This document shows, piece after piece, positions 41,421 to 55,000 of a DNA stretch of 64,000 bases; position 1 is the stretch's first letter, and the number at the start of each line of letters is the position of its first letter. Both the position numbers and the translations under genes were made by a program. Under the pieces are notes generated by a model. It did not search any database and was not told the origin of the DNA. It saw only the letters and a list, made by a program, of their open reading frames with translations. The stretch is from positions 46,314,001 to 46,378,000 of the forward strand of contig NC_087445.1 of NCBI RefSeq assembly GCF_036321535.1, in the 5' to 3' direction. Origin of the DNA: Camelus dromedarius (taxonomy: Eukaryota).

Positions 41421-41972
41421 TGACAAAGATTCTCTCGTTGACCAAACTCTAGCCAGGTTCCACTGAGCCCTCTTTTGGACTTGTCCTCAACCTTAGCCTA
41501 TAAACACTTGAACAAACACTAACATAGTTTCTAACAGCTCAAGATTGCATTCCTAAGGATGACTCTAGCCTCTCTTAAAGAATCTGCTTGAGAACACTCA
41601 AGGCTGTCAAAAAAAATTCACTGGTTGTTCCAGCCAGCACCTAAAGATCAGGCCCCTGTCTCCGAGTCTCTGTGGGAGGGTAGGAGCCTAACTTCAATAA
41701 GCACCAGTTAGCAAACCTGGGTGTATTTTGTATGGACCAACCCCTTCCCTTCTAGCATCTTGTAATTTTTCACTTATCTGAGTCTACTGAGCCCACCCTC
41801 TCAACCTCCTCCCTGTTCTTTCATTCTCCCTTTAAAATTCCCAGTCACTTCTGTACAAATTGAAGTGGAGTTCAGTTCATACTAGACCATTTTCCTTATT
41901 GCAACAGTATATTACTGATTGAAATCTGTCCTCACCATTTTGAATAATATCCAGCTTTGTATCCTTTTGACA
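41421..41972 (+). mobile_element. Solo ERV1 LTR (MER39/MER34-like)
   Basis: Begins TGACAAAGATTCTCTC..TTGACCAAACTCTAGCCAGG and ends TTTTGACA. Confidence 0.7.
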
Positions 41973-41989
41973 ATAACCAATTCTTAAAA

Positions 41990-43210
41990 CATTTTCATTC
42001 ACTCACATTCATTTATTCAATTAGTCAGTAAATCTTGTTTGGGGCATCTAGGTCAGGTGTGCTCTGTGTTAGGAAAGATAGGGAAAATATATACTTTGCT
42101 GATGGAGAGCTGTGGAAATGTCTAAAGAACAGATAGATATGCAATTACTCTTCAATAAGGTAAGATTTATAATGGAAGTGTGTACAACTGGTTTGCTTAT
42201 TTTCCTGTTTTTCTCTCTGACCATTCCTTTTCTTTCTTTTCTTCCTACTTCCAGTAGATGTTCTCTATAAGCTGACCTTTGCTCGTTTCTCATTCTGTAG
42301 TCTCCTGGCAAAATTACAGCTCCAACTTTCAAAATCGTTGCAGCTTATTCTTAAATACCTGTACAGTTTGGTGTTTTCATGTCCTGATTTGTTTATGCTA
42401 TTTATTTTCTGAGTGTGGAATGCTTTTTCTTCTTTCTTTTCATGTCCAGTCCTTTCTATACTTTAAGATCCATCTCCCCTATATGCTACTCCCCTTGTGA
42501 AGCCTGTCTTGATTCCTTGCATAGCTTCTGCTCAATTCCTCTGGTACTTGAAAGGCAATATAACATTATGGCTAACTGCCTGAGTTCTGGTGAACGATAC
42601 AACTGGGTTTGTGCTCTGGATTTCCCTCATTTTATTTATCAACAAAATAGGGGCTAAAGTAATTACATCTTGATTGATTGAAATCTCTATCTATAGCCTG
42701 GACTGCTCTCTCAGTATCCAATTCTACATCATCTGCTGTCTAATGAGTATATCTGAAGGTTATCCCAGGCAATCTCAAACTTAATATATGTTTCCAAAGG
42801 AAATACTTCTTTCTCCCCAAACTGTTCTTGCTGGATTTCCTATCTCTCATTAATTACAGCATCTTCCTTTTAGCCAATCTGACTTTAAAGCTCTCTCCCT
42901 TGCCTTCTCATCCAATCATTGGCAACAAAAGAAAGGATATTCTCTACTATATTCATAGTCATCATGTGCCAAGTTCTATCACTTTTGGCTCCTTAACATC
43001 ATGGGAAATGTTAAGGGGATTGTCCTTCTCCTCCCCCGACCCCCAGTTCCATATTTATTGCCCTGGTTTAGTTCTTCCTCATTATCTCTCACAGATCTTT
43101 CCTATCACCTTATAAACTATTTAAGGATAAGGATGATTTATTTACCTTTGTATGCTTTCTCTATGCCTGACCTAAAAGGTACTTAATAAATATTTGTTGA
43201 ATTGAGTTAC
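41990..43210. mobile_element. L2 fragments
   Basis: cattcactcacattcatttattcaa..., ggcaatctcaaacttaatat..., aggtacttaataaatatttgttgaattga. Confidence 0.6.
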
Positions 43211-43869
43211 TTTTTTTAAATTTCTCTATGGAGACATTGGGAAACATTTCCCAAAAGATATGGAACTTGCAGGCAGGGTAACATTTTAATGGCCTTGGAG
43301 CATGGCTTAAAGATAGTCATAAAGCTGGTAGAGGGTCCCCTGCAAAAGGGTTCTTACGCTAGTCTGCTCCTTCTACCTGAGAACTCCCAAAAAGACATCA
43401 GTAAAGACAATCCTGGGCATTTTGGGTTTATCCTTGAGATTCTTGGGTTCCCTTTATTACCTACTTTCTTGGGTCCCTCTCTCATTCTTCCTCATTTCCT
43501 GGATCTTAGAATCTTAGCTCTCAGCCACCTGCCAGCTAAATCTAAGTGTGAATTCCATTCAAATGCTGAAGAACTTAAGTACTGTTCTGGAAAAACTAAT
43601 GAAGACAGTGGGGCATGGAGGCTCTGGCTTTCTATCCCCGTTTGAGTTTCTTCTGAAGGTACAGTAGCCTTGCTGTTGAGTCTAACTGGTCCTGGTCGAG
43701 TGCCTGGAGAGCAGAGGACTCTATTGCTTCCTTCCTCCAAACTTTTAACAGGGAAACTGGGATGCCTCAGAGCCTACATCACAACTCTCAGACAATGACT
43801 CCTGCTCTGCTTAGTCTCTTACTACCTCCCAGCCACATTCCCCTCTCATGCCCACAATCTAAGTAATAA

Positions 43870-44037
43870 CGAATATGTATGGGGCACTTAGTATGTACCA
43901 GGTAATTTAAATGCATTTACTCATTTAAACCTCAAAAACCATCTTATGAAGTAGGTACTATTATTTATTCCCTGGGAAATTGAGGTCACATAGCTTGCTC
44001 AAGGCCACAAATACCAGAGCGAGGACTCAAATCCAGG
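43870..44037 (-). mobile_element. MIR
   Basis: gcacttagtatgtaccagg...cttatgaagtaggtactattatt...gaaattgaggtcacatagcttgctcaaggccaca. Confidence 0.7.
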
Positions 44038-44540
44038 TATGGTAGGCAGAATTCTAAGATGGCCCCCCAATGATCCTGCTGCAGGGTGGTATTCATGTCC
44101 TCGTGTAATCCCCTTCCCTTAAGCATGACTTGCTTCTGTTGAATAGAATACAGCAAAAAATGAGGTGTCACTTCTATTATTAGGTTACAAAAGATTGTGT
44201 CTTCTGTTTTGCTAGTAGACTCTATTGCCTTCTCAGGTTGTATGCTTTGATGAAGCAAGCTGCCATACTGGAGAGGTCCATATAGCCAATAAGAAACTGA
44301 GGCTGTCAGTTTGAGTCCCGGAGAAACTGAGTCCTGACGACAGTCATATGAGTGAGCTGGGAAGTGGATCCTTCTGCAGTCAAGATGGCACTTGAATTGC
44401 AGACTGTGGAGAAACCTTTAATCAGAGGATCAAATTAAGCCATACCCAGATTCTTGACCCACAGAAACTGTGAGATGATAAGTGTTGTTTTAGGCCCCTA
44501 AATTTTGGGGTAATTTGTCACATGACAATAGATAATATAC
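44038..44540 (+). mobile_element. MLT1 (MaLR) solo LTR
   Basis: tatggtaggcagaattctaagatggcccccc...cagattcttgacccacagaaactgtgagatgataag...ttttggggtaatttgtcaca...aatagataatataca. Confidence 0.8.
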
Positions 44541-45719
44541 CAGGTGAATCTGATTGGCTCCAAAGTTCATGCTCTTCACAATTTTATTAGGTTGTTTCCC
44601 ACTCCTCTATGCTATTTTCAAGGGCAGTGTGACTTTCCATCCTTTGTTGGCTGGCCACTGCATCCCCTAGGAGAATCCCTGGTTCGAGAAGAAGTTTGTT
44701 TTTTGTTGTCTCTATTCTCAGTCAGTTCCAGAAACCAGAAGTTCAACACATTTTTAGTCCCTGGCTCTTGCAGTTTAGAACAGCTGGGCTAAATAGCTAA
44801 GTATTTCAACTTCCAGCAGCCCAGAGATTGCCTATTGTCTTTAGGGTCAGGCTTCTTTGTTGATTAGGCTGGCTGAGTTGCCCTGCTCAAAATCTTCCTT
44901 AGGGTATTCCTCCAAATTTGGATAAACACTGGATAGATCAAGTCTTCTTTCCTTCTCCAGGTTCCTAGTTACAGCATTTTGAGCGTCACTCTCTCATAGC
45001 ACCTATTCCAGCGAGAGGAATCATATGGTAACTAGGTTTGCTTTTAGAGGGCAAAGACCCTGTTTATTTAATAGACTGTCCCCAAGTCTGGTAGGCAGAA
45101 TCCTACTGGGCCAAGTGCTTGCAAACGGGGAAATTTGAGCTGGGCTAATGAGGACTGAGGAAGCATCTAGTCTAATGGTGCTCAACCCTGGCATCACATT
45201 AGAATCATCTGGGGAGCTTTCAAAAGATACGATGCCTGAGCTCTATCCCAAACCAATTAAATCCTAATTTTGGGTTGGAGGAGGCATCGGATCTGTGCAT
45301 CATACTAGGATCTGTTCATCATACTATGCACCTTCCTGTTTTCCGCTCTGGTCTTTTTCACTTCCTTGCATGTATATACATCATCTTGCCAGAAGTGTTC
45401 AGTTTAAAACGACTATCTAATCCCTCCATCCTTCATTCAGTAAATATTTACGGACTGATTACTATATACTAGGCAGTATTACAGACATTGGAAATACAAT
45501 GGAGCGCATGAAAAAAGGTCTGGAAAAGAACTGAGGTCTCCAGACATTTTACTTTACGCTTTTTTTTTTCTTTTCGTAGCTGCTAATTAAAACTTACTTG
45601 CTGTTTGGTACTATCTTGTTAAATTATTACAGGTAGGTACTCCGTCAGCTGTAAGGGACAGACTCTTTAAGGAAGTCCAATGGAAATTCTTCAATGAAAA
45701 TAATCTGTTCTTGGGTGAA

Positions 45720-46620
45720 AGCCACGCCCATGTAGGAGGAGCAGAAGGCTTCAATTCCCGCCTCGCACAGGTGAGGGGGAAACCCGCCCCTCTCTGCCTT
45801 AAGCCGTATTAGTGGGCGGAGCTGCCTTCATTCTTTCACTAAGGAAAGAGGAAGGGGACTCCACCTCCTATGTGCTCGTAGTGGGGCGGGGTCGGCGGAC
45901 TAGGCGTGAGTTGATTGGCTGGGAGGCGGGGCACCCCGGGTTGGCTCCCTCCCGGCGCTCTCTCGGATCCCGAGTGGAGTGAGGGGAGGGAGTCCCGCTC
46001 GCTCCTGCCTCCCAGTGATGGCGCCGCGGTGCCGCGCCCAGTCTCCCGCCTGCCGCCCGGTACTCACCGCTATCCGGGGCCGGCTCAGACGGTGAAAATT
46101 GGAGCGGGTCCGAGACAGCGGCGGGACGCTGCCTGCGACGGGTACCATGAGGAGCGGCCAGACCCGCGAGGCCGATAGCGGGAGCAGCGGGAGCACCTGC
46201 TGAGAGGAAAGAAGGAGCGGCCGGGTGCGGCGACGCGGCGGAGGTTCGGCGGAGGCTCGCCGGCGCCTCGGCCATGTCGCTGCTTTGCGTGCGCGGTGAG
46301 TGCGCGGATTGAGGTTGGAGGGCGCGGAGGGGTCTCTACGAGCCTCCAGTGGGCGTTGGATTAACACCTTTTCCAAACTTCACTTCCAGTCCGTGCGTCA
46401 CGGAACAATTACGTTAACTCATTTATAAACATTAAAAGAGTTCTTTCCCGCTCTCTTTTTCCTCATGCTCCTTTGAGGGGCTGTTACCTCTCCGTTCTGG
46501 TGGCCGTGTGACAGTGTTGGCTGGCAGGCCCAGATCCTCTTAAACAGGGACTGTCGCTCTCCTCTAGCGAAAGTGGACGAGCCAGGGACCGCGGAGAGTT
46601 GGTGTCTGGTAACAGCAGGC
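45720..46620 (+). promoter_or_regulatory. UNC13B CpG-island promoter and 5'UTR
   Basis: CpG-dense; GC box GGGGCGGGG at 45883-45891; inverted CCAAT at 45914-45918. Confidence 0.8.
46274..46295 (+). CDS. UNC13B: UNC13B (Munc13-2, ubiquitous form) exon 1 coding part
   Basis: gccATG TCG CTG CTT TGC GTG CGC G|GTGAGT = MSLLCVR(V), the C2A-domain N-terminus. Confidence 0.93.
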
Positions 46621-47477
46621 AGTCCTCTGTTCTTTTCTTCCTTCTCCCTGTACCGTACAGCCACAGTTGGCTTAGTGGTAGCAGGTTCTTTTTATCACGC
46701 TTTGAACGTGTAGTGAGTGGTACAGCTGTCACATACCTCCTTACAGTGTATTTTTTAGCTTGCACCCCTCTATTGCTTGTCTTTGTCACCTGCGCCTTCC
46801 GTGTAGTCTAGGCTAAGATTATTCTCTTATTCGACTTGGAAGGGTGTGTCGGTTTCGCTCCTTTTGGAGCAGAGCATATGAAGTATGATTTACTTCTTTA
46901 CTCAGCTTCTATCACAGTAACTAAAGGTGAAGGCCTTTGCTGCTTTTCCACTGAGGACGCTTGACCCACCGAAGGTACTTCAAGGCAAGCTTTGGGATTT
47001 AAGATGAGGTGCATGGACTTCAGTAAGCTCCTTGAGGGTAGAGACTTGTTTCTGAATGGTTTTTGTATTCCAGGTGCCTGACATGGTAGAAGCTCATTGC
47101 TGGTTTTGAATGAATGCAAGGACTGTGATTTTAGAGATTATCTGATCAGAAGAAGCAGGGTTTGGATTACCCATTGAATTTCATCCTGGGAAATTCAAGT
47201 TACAGCCTGTCATGGTTGAACAAGATGGGATAAGGTGGCTTGATTGTGAGTGAGAGAGAATTTATCCCCAAGAACCTTTTCCTAGTACCCTTCACTGGAT
47301 AGAGTTCATGTTTCTTTTGGCTCTGTGGATTAGAAGCATTGTTGTTTGTGGTTTCACTGTTAAGTGTTTCCCCCAGCTTTTGGCAAACAGACCTGCTTTC
47401 CTGTGTTCTCTTTTACTGTTTTGTTAAATCTGCATTAACTCAGAATGGATTTGGCTATTTCCAGGGATTATGAAACA

Positions 47478-47621
47478 NNNNNNNNNNNNNNNNNNNNNNN
47501 NNNNNNNNNNNNNNNNNNNNNNNNNNNNNNNNNNNNNNNNNNNNNNNNNNNNNNNNNNNNNNNNNNNNNNNNNNNNNNNNNNNNNNNNNNNNNNNNNNNN
47601 NNNNNNNNNNNNNNNNNNNNN
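47478..47621. other. Assembly gap (144 N)
   Basis: Run of N. Confidence 1.
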
Positions 47622-48480
47622 TCTCTTGGTCAATTTAAATCTCTATTGCTATACCGTATTACAGAGCTAGCCCTTATGAAAGATTTTTCAGGCAGGAGCT
47701 CTATTAAACCAGAAATTCCTATTTAATTGAACTTAAACTTCAGAGAAGGAGCTGCGACTGTTTTCATTTGTTCTAAATGAAAGGCAGCTTCCATTTTCTA
47801 GAAATTCTGCTATTTAGCTAAGTTCTTTCTCTTTTAATGTTACATTAGTCAAATTTCTCCTTTTAAACCTGGAGGATTAGAGACCAGCAGGTCATTGTCT
47901 TTTGAAGATTATTAATTACTGAAACAAACGGCTGCCTTGTATAGAAGTATTCGCCTTAAATGGCAAAGTATTCATCCTGGGGAAACTTACAGAAATGGAT
48001 CAAAATAAGTCTTTCTAAAATGACATTCTTTGCATTATATTTTGGCAGATAAGGAGTGTTGTTCATATTCTACAAGAAGCCTGTGTAGTGACATTATAGA
48101 ACAACTAAATTTCAGTTCATCTTGGAGTAGAACTGAGTTTGAAACTTTCCCCATGTAGTTAAAATTCAGTTAACTTGATGCAGAAATTGGTAAACTGGTT
48201 TGATTTAATTATTCTCAGATATCTCAGTCAAGAAGTCAATTTCTTGATTTAACCCTTTAATCATGCCATATTGCCTGCAGGTTAAGGGCTGTCAATAATC
48301 TGACTCCAGCTCTCCTTTTTGGCCCTATATCCTTGCCTATCCTTAAAGAGATACTTTGCTCTAGCACTAATTTTGTTCATTCCCGCCTTTGCACTGTTAT
48401 ACTTTTGTACCTCTGAAATAGTCTTTCAGATAGTCTTTCTGTGTTTTTCTGCTTATCAAAAAAATATTTCTTTCAAAAAG

Positions 48481-48640
48481 GGTAGCACAGGGAACTGTAT
48501 TCAATAGCTTGTAATAACCTATAATGAAAAAGAATATGAAAAAGAATATATATATGTGTATAACTAAATCACTCTGTTGTATACCAGAAACTAACACAAC
48601 ATTGTAAATCAACTATAACTATACTTCAATTAAAAAAAAG
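48481..48640 (+). mobile_element. L1 3' terminus
   Basis: tagcacagggaactgtattcaatagcttgtaataacctataatg...aactatacttcaattaaaaaaaa. Confidence 0.85.
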
Positions 48641-49707
48641 TATTCTTTTCCAGCTTAGTCTACTTTTGTTGTTGAAAACTTCCTCAGTTCCTCAATCTGC
48701 AGTGATTTTTCTCCTTTACATTCTTTAATCTTTTAAACTCCTTTAAACATAAATTACTTATGGTCTGAACAGTGCCACTAATTTGGCAATGAATTGTGTG
48801 CTCCCTAGCCACTAGTCTTGTGCTGTTAGGCTCATGGTGACCCAGACAAAAGAGATAATAGTAATGGTCAGATAGATCTGGAATTTTGTGTCCAGTGAGG
48901 GTATTGGATTCTAAGGGACACACTGAGAAACTAGAATTTCTTCAGAGGAGAATAATTAGAATAGTGAAGAAGGCAGAAACTATTTGGGGAATTCAGAGGT
49001 TTAGTTTTTGAGAAGATTTAAGGAGAGGATCATAATAGTAAATAAAAATTGTGTACAAAACTGTGATTCCAGGGGATATAACTAGGATGAGTCAACCAGC
49101 GATTGAAAATTACAGGAAATTAGATTTTAGCTTAATATAAGGAAGAACTTTAACAGAGTTGTTCTTAACAAATGGAATGGACTACTTAGGCTTTTTGTTT
49201 TGTTTTGTTTTGTTTTTTGTTTTTTGGTTTTTTTTGACACAGAATACTTTAAGCAGAGATTGAATGAATGGTAAAAGGAATTTTGACATTGAGTGGAAGG
49301 TTAGACTTGAATCTTAAAAAATTACTCTTTTATAGAATTCAGTTAGTCTGTCCTCAAATATTTGGCACAGCTTTCCTCATAATACTGGTATCTTTTTGCT
49401 TTCATAGGAGCCAGTACCACTTAAGCAACTTCAGTAAACTACATCATTGATTTCCTTTAAATTTTGATGTCTTGGTATTCATGACTACTTTCTCCAAGCA
49501 AAGAAGTGTTTTGAGAATTCATTCTTTTCATATTTCTTTGTAATTGCCACATAATTGAGCTGTGGATTTCTCTCCCTAATTTGAACCAGAACTGACCACA
49601 CTTGACTTGTTAAAAAATCAAAAACAAAAAATAGTTCTAGGGGTATAAAAAGCACTATATGCTAGTATATTGTTAATCATAGAGAATTGAGAAAATGCAG
49701 AAAAGAA

Positions 49708-49804
49708 GGGAGTGGGTATAGCTCAGTGGCAGAGCACGTGCTTAGCATGCATGAGGTCCTGGGTTCAATCCCCAGTACCTCTATTAAAAAAAAAGGAAAA
49801 AAAG
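49708..49804 (+). mobile_element. Camelid tRNA-derived SINE (short-tail form)
   Basis: gtatagctcagtggcagagcacgtgcttagcatgcatgaggtcctgggttcaatccccagtacctc; flanked by cagaaaag on both sides. Confidence 0.9.
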
Positions 49805-51953
49805 TTCAGAAAAGTATAAAAAAGAAAATAAAAATCATCATGGTCCTATCACTGCTTCAACACCATTGTTAAGTGTTTTGTTCACTGCTTTTATTGTTTT
49901 GTTTTTATTATAGAGGTAATGTATATGCATGATAAGAAATTCAAACAGTTTATGATATGAAGTAAAAGGAAAAAATTCTCCTGTCTCCATTCCCTGTTCT
50001 TACTCTCTAGAGGTTTACTGTTTCTTGCCCATCATAGACATTTCATTACATGAGTATATAGATTCTGTATATGGATGTATACAATATTAATCAACTTTTA
50101 AAAACTTAATAATGCAGTTTCCTGTCAGCTTATGTGAATTTAAATTATTCCTTTTAATGGCTGCAAAATGCTATTCCATTATTCATGCATACATAATTTA
50201 ACCAGTTTCATTTTGATAAACATTCAGAATTTGTTTTGCTGTTATAAATTTTGGTATTATAAACAGTATATAATTTATAGTTTATAATTTTGCTATTATA
50301 AACAGTGCTACAATGAACATCCTTGTCGATAGTTTTATTATGTTTGTAGAGCTCCAGTCAGCTTTACAGCTGGACTTTCTGTGTGATTTGCTCATTGTTG
50401 TTTTCTTGGTATAATAATTACACTCACCTGGACACATTAGCAAACCAAATGCCTCAGCATCTCTCAGGCCAGCAATCCACCATTAGAGGCAGGTCCTTCA
50501 CAAGTAGGTAATATTTTATGCTTACCAAAAAGACCAAAGACTCTGGCTCTTTTAAGTTTGATGTATGATTTCCATGTACTTTTCTTGTTTCACTTCTTTG
50601 TATTATTTAAAAATTATTTTCTATATTAAGCATTTATTACTTGTGTTTTAAAAACAGAATAACAGTGCCATTAGTGATGAGAACTATAGGAAGTTGATTT
50701 ATATTGTGACTTGCCCTTAGAAAAGCTTATCATAATTTATCATCACTTATCAGCCATCTAATTAACTGAATGGTTACTACTGGGAAACTCTTTGAAGGTG
50801 AACTCTGATGGACACTCAGGACACCTAATGATTGTGGGTTAATTCTAGCCTGAGAGACTCCAAAGATAGATTTTGATTTATTACCACTGTGAGAAAGTAG
50901 AAACAGTAGTTTTAGAGTTTTCAGATGTAAGAAGAGATAGGTCAAGTACTTTCTTCTCACCTTATTTACTCAACATTATTGTCATCTGCCTTAGCTAACA
51001 ACTTGCTGCTGGGTTTTCATCATATCATGGTTCGAGTAGTCCTTGCCCTTAGAAGCAGAGTTGCTGCTGGGTTCCTTTCGCTTAGCTATGTTATCAGGAA
51101 GTTGATTGTGCTTTGTCTGAGCCAGACGGCAGTGAAGAGGGAAAGGACCAATTTCCCTTGCCATAGATAGCTGTTGTCACAAATTGTTCGCTTCCTTATA
51201 GACAGTACATTATGTAATATCTTAGTTTCTAGAAGTGGGCTTTTTGGAAGTTGCACTCTTTAGGCCAATAGGTTGAGTGTATTTTACCTGTGCTGTGTAT
51301 TTCAAACTTTGCTATGTGAGTTTGTTTAAAGTTTGGGCTGTGCATCATTAGTAAATATTTGTTGAGTACTTTTTCTGTGCCTGTTTATGGTACATATCTA
51401 TGTAGTAGATAAGAGCCCAAGGAATCTAGATAGGCTTTAAAACATCTCCTTTCTTATATAAACCCAGAATCCACTGGGACTATTAGGTTTGACTTGGGAT
51501 AAGCAGAATAAGTTAAGTTCCTACTGGAGTGGGGAAATTACTGCACTATTTTTTCTAACTTTTAAAGAAAGATTTTTCAAGTTTGGGAGCTTTTAGTGGA
51601 CTGTCTTTATTAAAGGTCAGGGAAGATTTGGTATTTGTATATTAAAAAATTTTTTTGCTGACTTGCATGTATAGAAAAGTACACAGATCTTAAGTGTATG
51701 GTCACTGAATTATCACAAAGTGAATGCACTCATATGACCATCACCAGGTCAAGAAATAGAAGCCCACCTTACCTTTCCTCTCAGTCATTACTCTCTCCCA
51801 TTTTCCCATTATCTGACTCCAACACTATCTAGTAGTTTGCATGTTTTTTAAAAATTAATACACATAATTTTTTTTTAGAGCAGTTGTAGGTTCACAGCAA
51901 AACTGAGCACATTTTGCCAGTTTTTGAGCTTTTTTAAAGTTGAGGTATGTTGA

Positions 51954-52108
51954 GGGGGAGGGTATAGCTCAGTGGTAGAATGAGGGCTTAGCATGCATGA
52001 GGCCCTGGGTTCAATTCCCAGTACCTCCATTTAAATAAATACATACATACATAAACAAATAAAACTAATTGCCTCTGCCCCTCCACCCCCCAAAAAGAAA
52101 CAAAATAA
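51954..52108 (+). mobile_element. Camelid tRNA-derived SINE (vic-1-like)
   Basis: A and B boxes and A-rich tail; TSD-like ttgaggtat / ttcaggtat. Confidence 0.88.
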
Positions 52109-53129
52109 ATTCAGGTATAATTGAGATATTGAACTTTTCATAAATGGAATTATACAATATTTCTTGTGGGCTGACCGCTTATGCCTAGCATTGTGCTTGT
52201 CAGATGCTTCCACTTGATGTATATAGCAGTAGTTTATTGATTTTTATTGCTGTGTAATATCTCATTTTATGAATATGCCACAGCTTATTTACCTTTCCTG
52301 GACATTAGTTTTTTTTCCATTTTGGATTATCATTTATAGTACCACTCCAGATATTCTTATATTTTGTATCTTTTGGCCCTACCTCATATGTATTTCTGAT
52401 GAGTATATGTATATCTGGGATTAAAATTTCTCTGTTATTAGCTATGTATATGTCCAACCTTAGTTGATAATATAAAACAGTTTCCCAAAATCTGTCAGTT
52501 TACCTTCCTTGTAACTGTATTTCTGATATTCACTTTTTTTTTTAAAAGAGAATTGAATGGCCCTTAGTTCTCAGCATTTGGCCAGGCATTAATACATGTT
52601 TTTTTACATGTTAATCCTGTAGGCTTGATAATGTCTTTTTTTTTTTTAATAACCTGAAGAAGTCCATTATGCTCAAAATATCTCACATTTCAGAATAAAA
52701 TTTGAGGCCCTCACTTTATTGAAAGAAATATAGTTCATGTTTACAATGCAGAAAAAAGATAATAGCATAGCCCCTGAATTTAGTGGTATTACATACTTTT
52801 AAAAGGAAATATAATTTTTCTAAAGAGAGGTTATTCATTTAACAAGTTTTTATTAGGTACCATTAGGCACACTGAGAATGTAGAGATGAACAAGACAGAT
52901 CTGGTCTCTCCTGTCACATAGCTTTTGTCAGTAATATAGGCCAAGTGAAGATGACTTGAAACTATGGGAAAGTGTTAAGGTAAAACAAAATAAAGACCAA
53001 AAACCCAAAATCACTTAAAATGGTAACCCTCAATACCTCTGTTAATATTTTAAAAAACTTTTTAAACCAAAAATCACTTAAAATCTTATCCCTCAATACT
53101 ACTGTTAATATTTTGTTTTTTTAACCTTT

Positions 53130-55000
53130 TAATTATGGAGAATTTAAAACATAGGAAAGTAGATAGAACATAAAACAGTATAATCAATCTGTAGGCTCCT
53201 GTTATCCAGATTCAACATTTTCATTTTTAAAAAAAATAATTCCATCCATTCTTCCTCCTTTCTATACTATTTTGAAACAAATTTGTACACTGTATCACTT
53301 CATCTATAAATATTTTAGTGTGTATCTCCAAAAGATAAGGATTAAAAAAACATAGCCACAAAACCACTATCACATTTTAGAAAATTCCTTAATTCCATTA
53401 AATATCTGGTGTTTGAATTGGTTCATGAATGTTTTTTTCTTTTTTACAGTCGAGTGTTTGAATAAAGACCACAGTTATACCCACACATTGCTATTGGTTG
53501 TTAGGTCTTTTTATGTCTCTTTTAATCTATAGGTTTCATCTCCATCTCCCTTACACTTTTTTGTTCTTTGCAATTTATTTGTTGAAGAAACTGGATCATC
53601 TGTCATGTTTCCCAGTCTGGACTTTGCTGATTTGTATTTCTGTGGCATAGTTTAACATGTTCTTCAGCCTTGTAGAAATTTCCTATAATGTTAATGTTAG
53701 ATTTAGAGGCTTGAGGTTGTTCTTCCTTTTCTTTATTCCTTTCTTTCTTTCTTTTTTTTTTTTTTTTTTTTGTGACACCTACTTCATGGGTGGTATTGGG
53801 TCCTTCACTAGAAGACCCAGACTGTCTAATGTTCTCCCTCTCTCTTTTTTGCAGTGTTCAGGCCTGCTGATGCTTTAGTCTGTCAATTAGGGGCTGTAAA
53901 ATAGTGACATTCTAACTTAATTATTCCTTCACTTTTTTAGTTGGAATATTTCAATAAAGAGAAATCATATTCACTATTTAGCTACCAAATGAGTTTTTAT
54001 AAGAAAATCAGGATAAATGCTTCTTTCTTTTTATTTACCAATTTTGAAAATAGTGATTTGGTCCCTTCATGTCCTCCAACAGTGACCAATTAGTTGCTGT
54101 TGTTTTCAGTATTATTATGAAGTCATAGATTTAAGCATATTTGATGTGCTTTAATCCATGTGGTTGTTAACTTATTGATATTGCAAATTGTCCATCTTTG
54201 GCCATTAGGAGCCTCTCACTGTTAGTATTTTGACATACATCTTTTCGGATTTTCCCCCATACAGTTACATACTGTTTGACCATTCGCCCTGTCCATTTTT
54301 CTTTTTTCATCGAGCTCCATTTTCACATGGTTTCTCATGTCAGTAATTAAAAAAAACTTTTTATCTAGAAATAATTTCAGACTTAGGGAAAATTTGCAAA
54401 TATAAAAATACTACAGAGAACAATCATTTAAGGATAAGTTACAGACATTATGGCTTTCTACCCCCAGGTACTTCATAGTGTATTTCCTAAGAAGAAAGTG
54501 ACATAACCATAGTACAGTTATCTCTTTTAGTAAATTTAGCAATAATAACAGTATTTTTAGTCTGCTATTTATATTCCAGTTTTGTCAAATGTCCATTACA
54601 GCATTTTTCTCTTCCTAGTGCAGTATCCAGTCTAAGAGTTGGTATTATGATTAGTGGTCATGTCTCTTTAACTTCCTTCAATATGGAACATTTTTACAGC
54701 CTTTAAATTTTTTTTAAAAATTGGCATTTTAAAAAGACTACAACCCCTCTCCTTTTCTAGTGGAGTGTTCCTTATTTGGGGTTTGTGTGTTATTAATGAT
54801 CCTGTATTGGAGTACTACATAGTTGATGGTGTGTCCTTCTCAGGGTATCACTTCAGAAAGCACACGTTGACTGTCTTTCACTGGTGATGTTAATTTTGAC
54901 TACTCAGTCAGATATTATTTGATTTCTCTCCTGTTTATTCTCCACTCCCCTGCAACTAATAAACACCTTGTGGGAGACGCTTAAAAACTATTTAAATATC
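53130..55000 (-). mobile_element. Old antisense L1 (L1MC/ME) fragments
   Basis: attgctattggttgttaggtc..., ttgaagaaactggatcatctgtc..., tatctagaaataatttcagactta. Confidence 0.55.
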
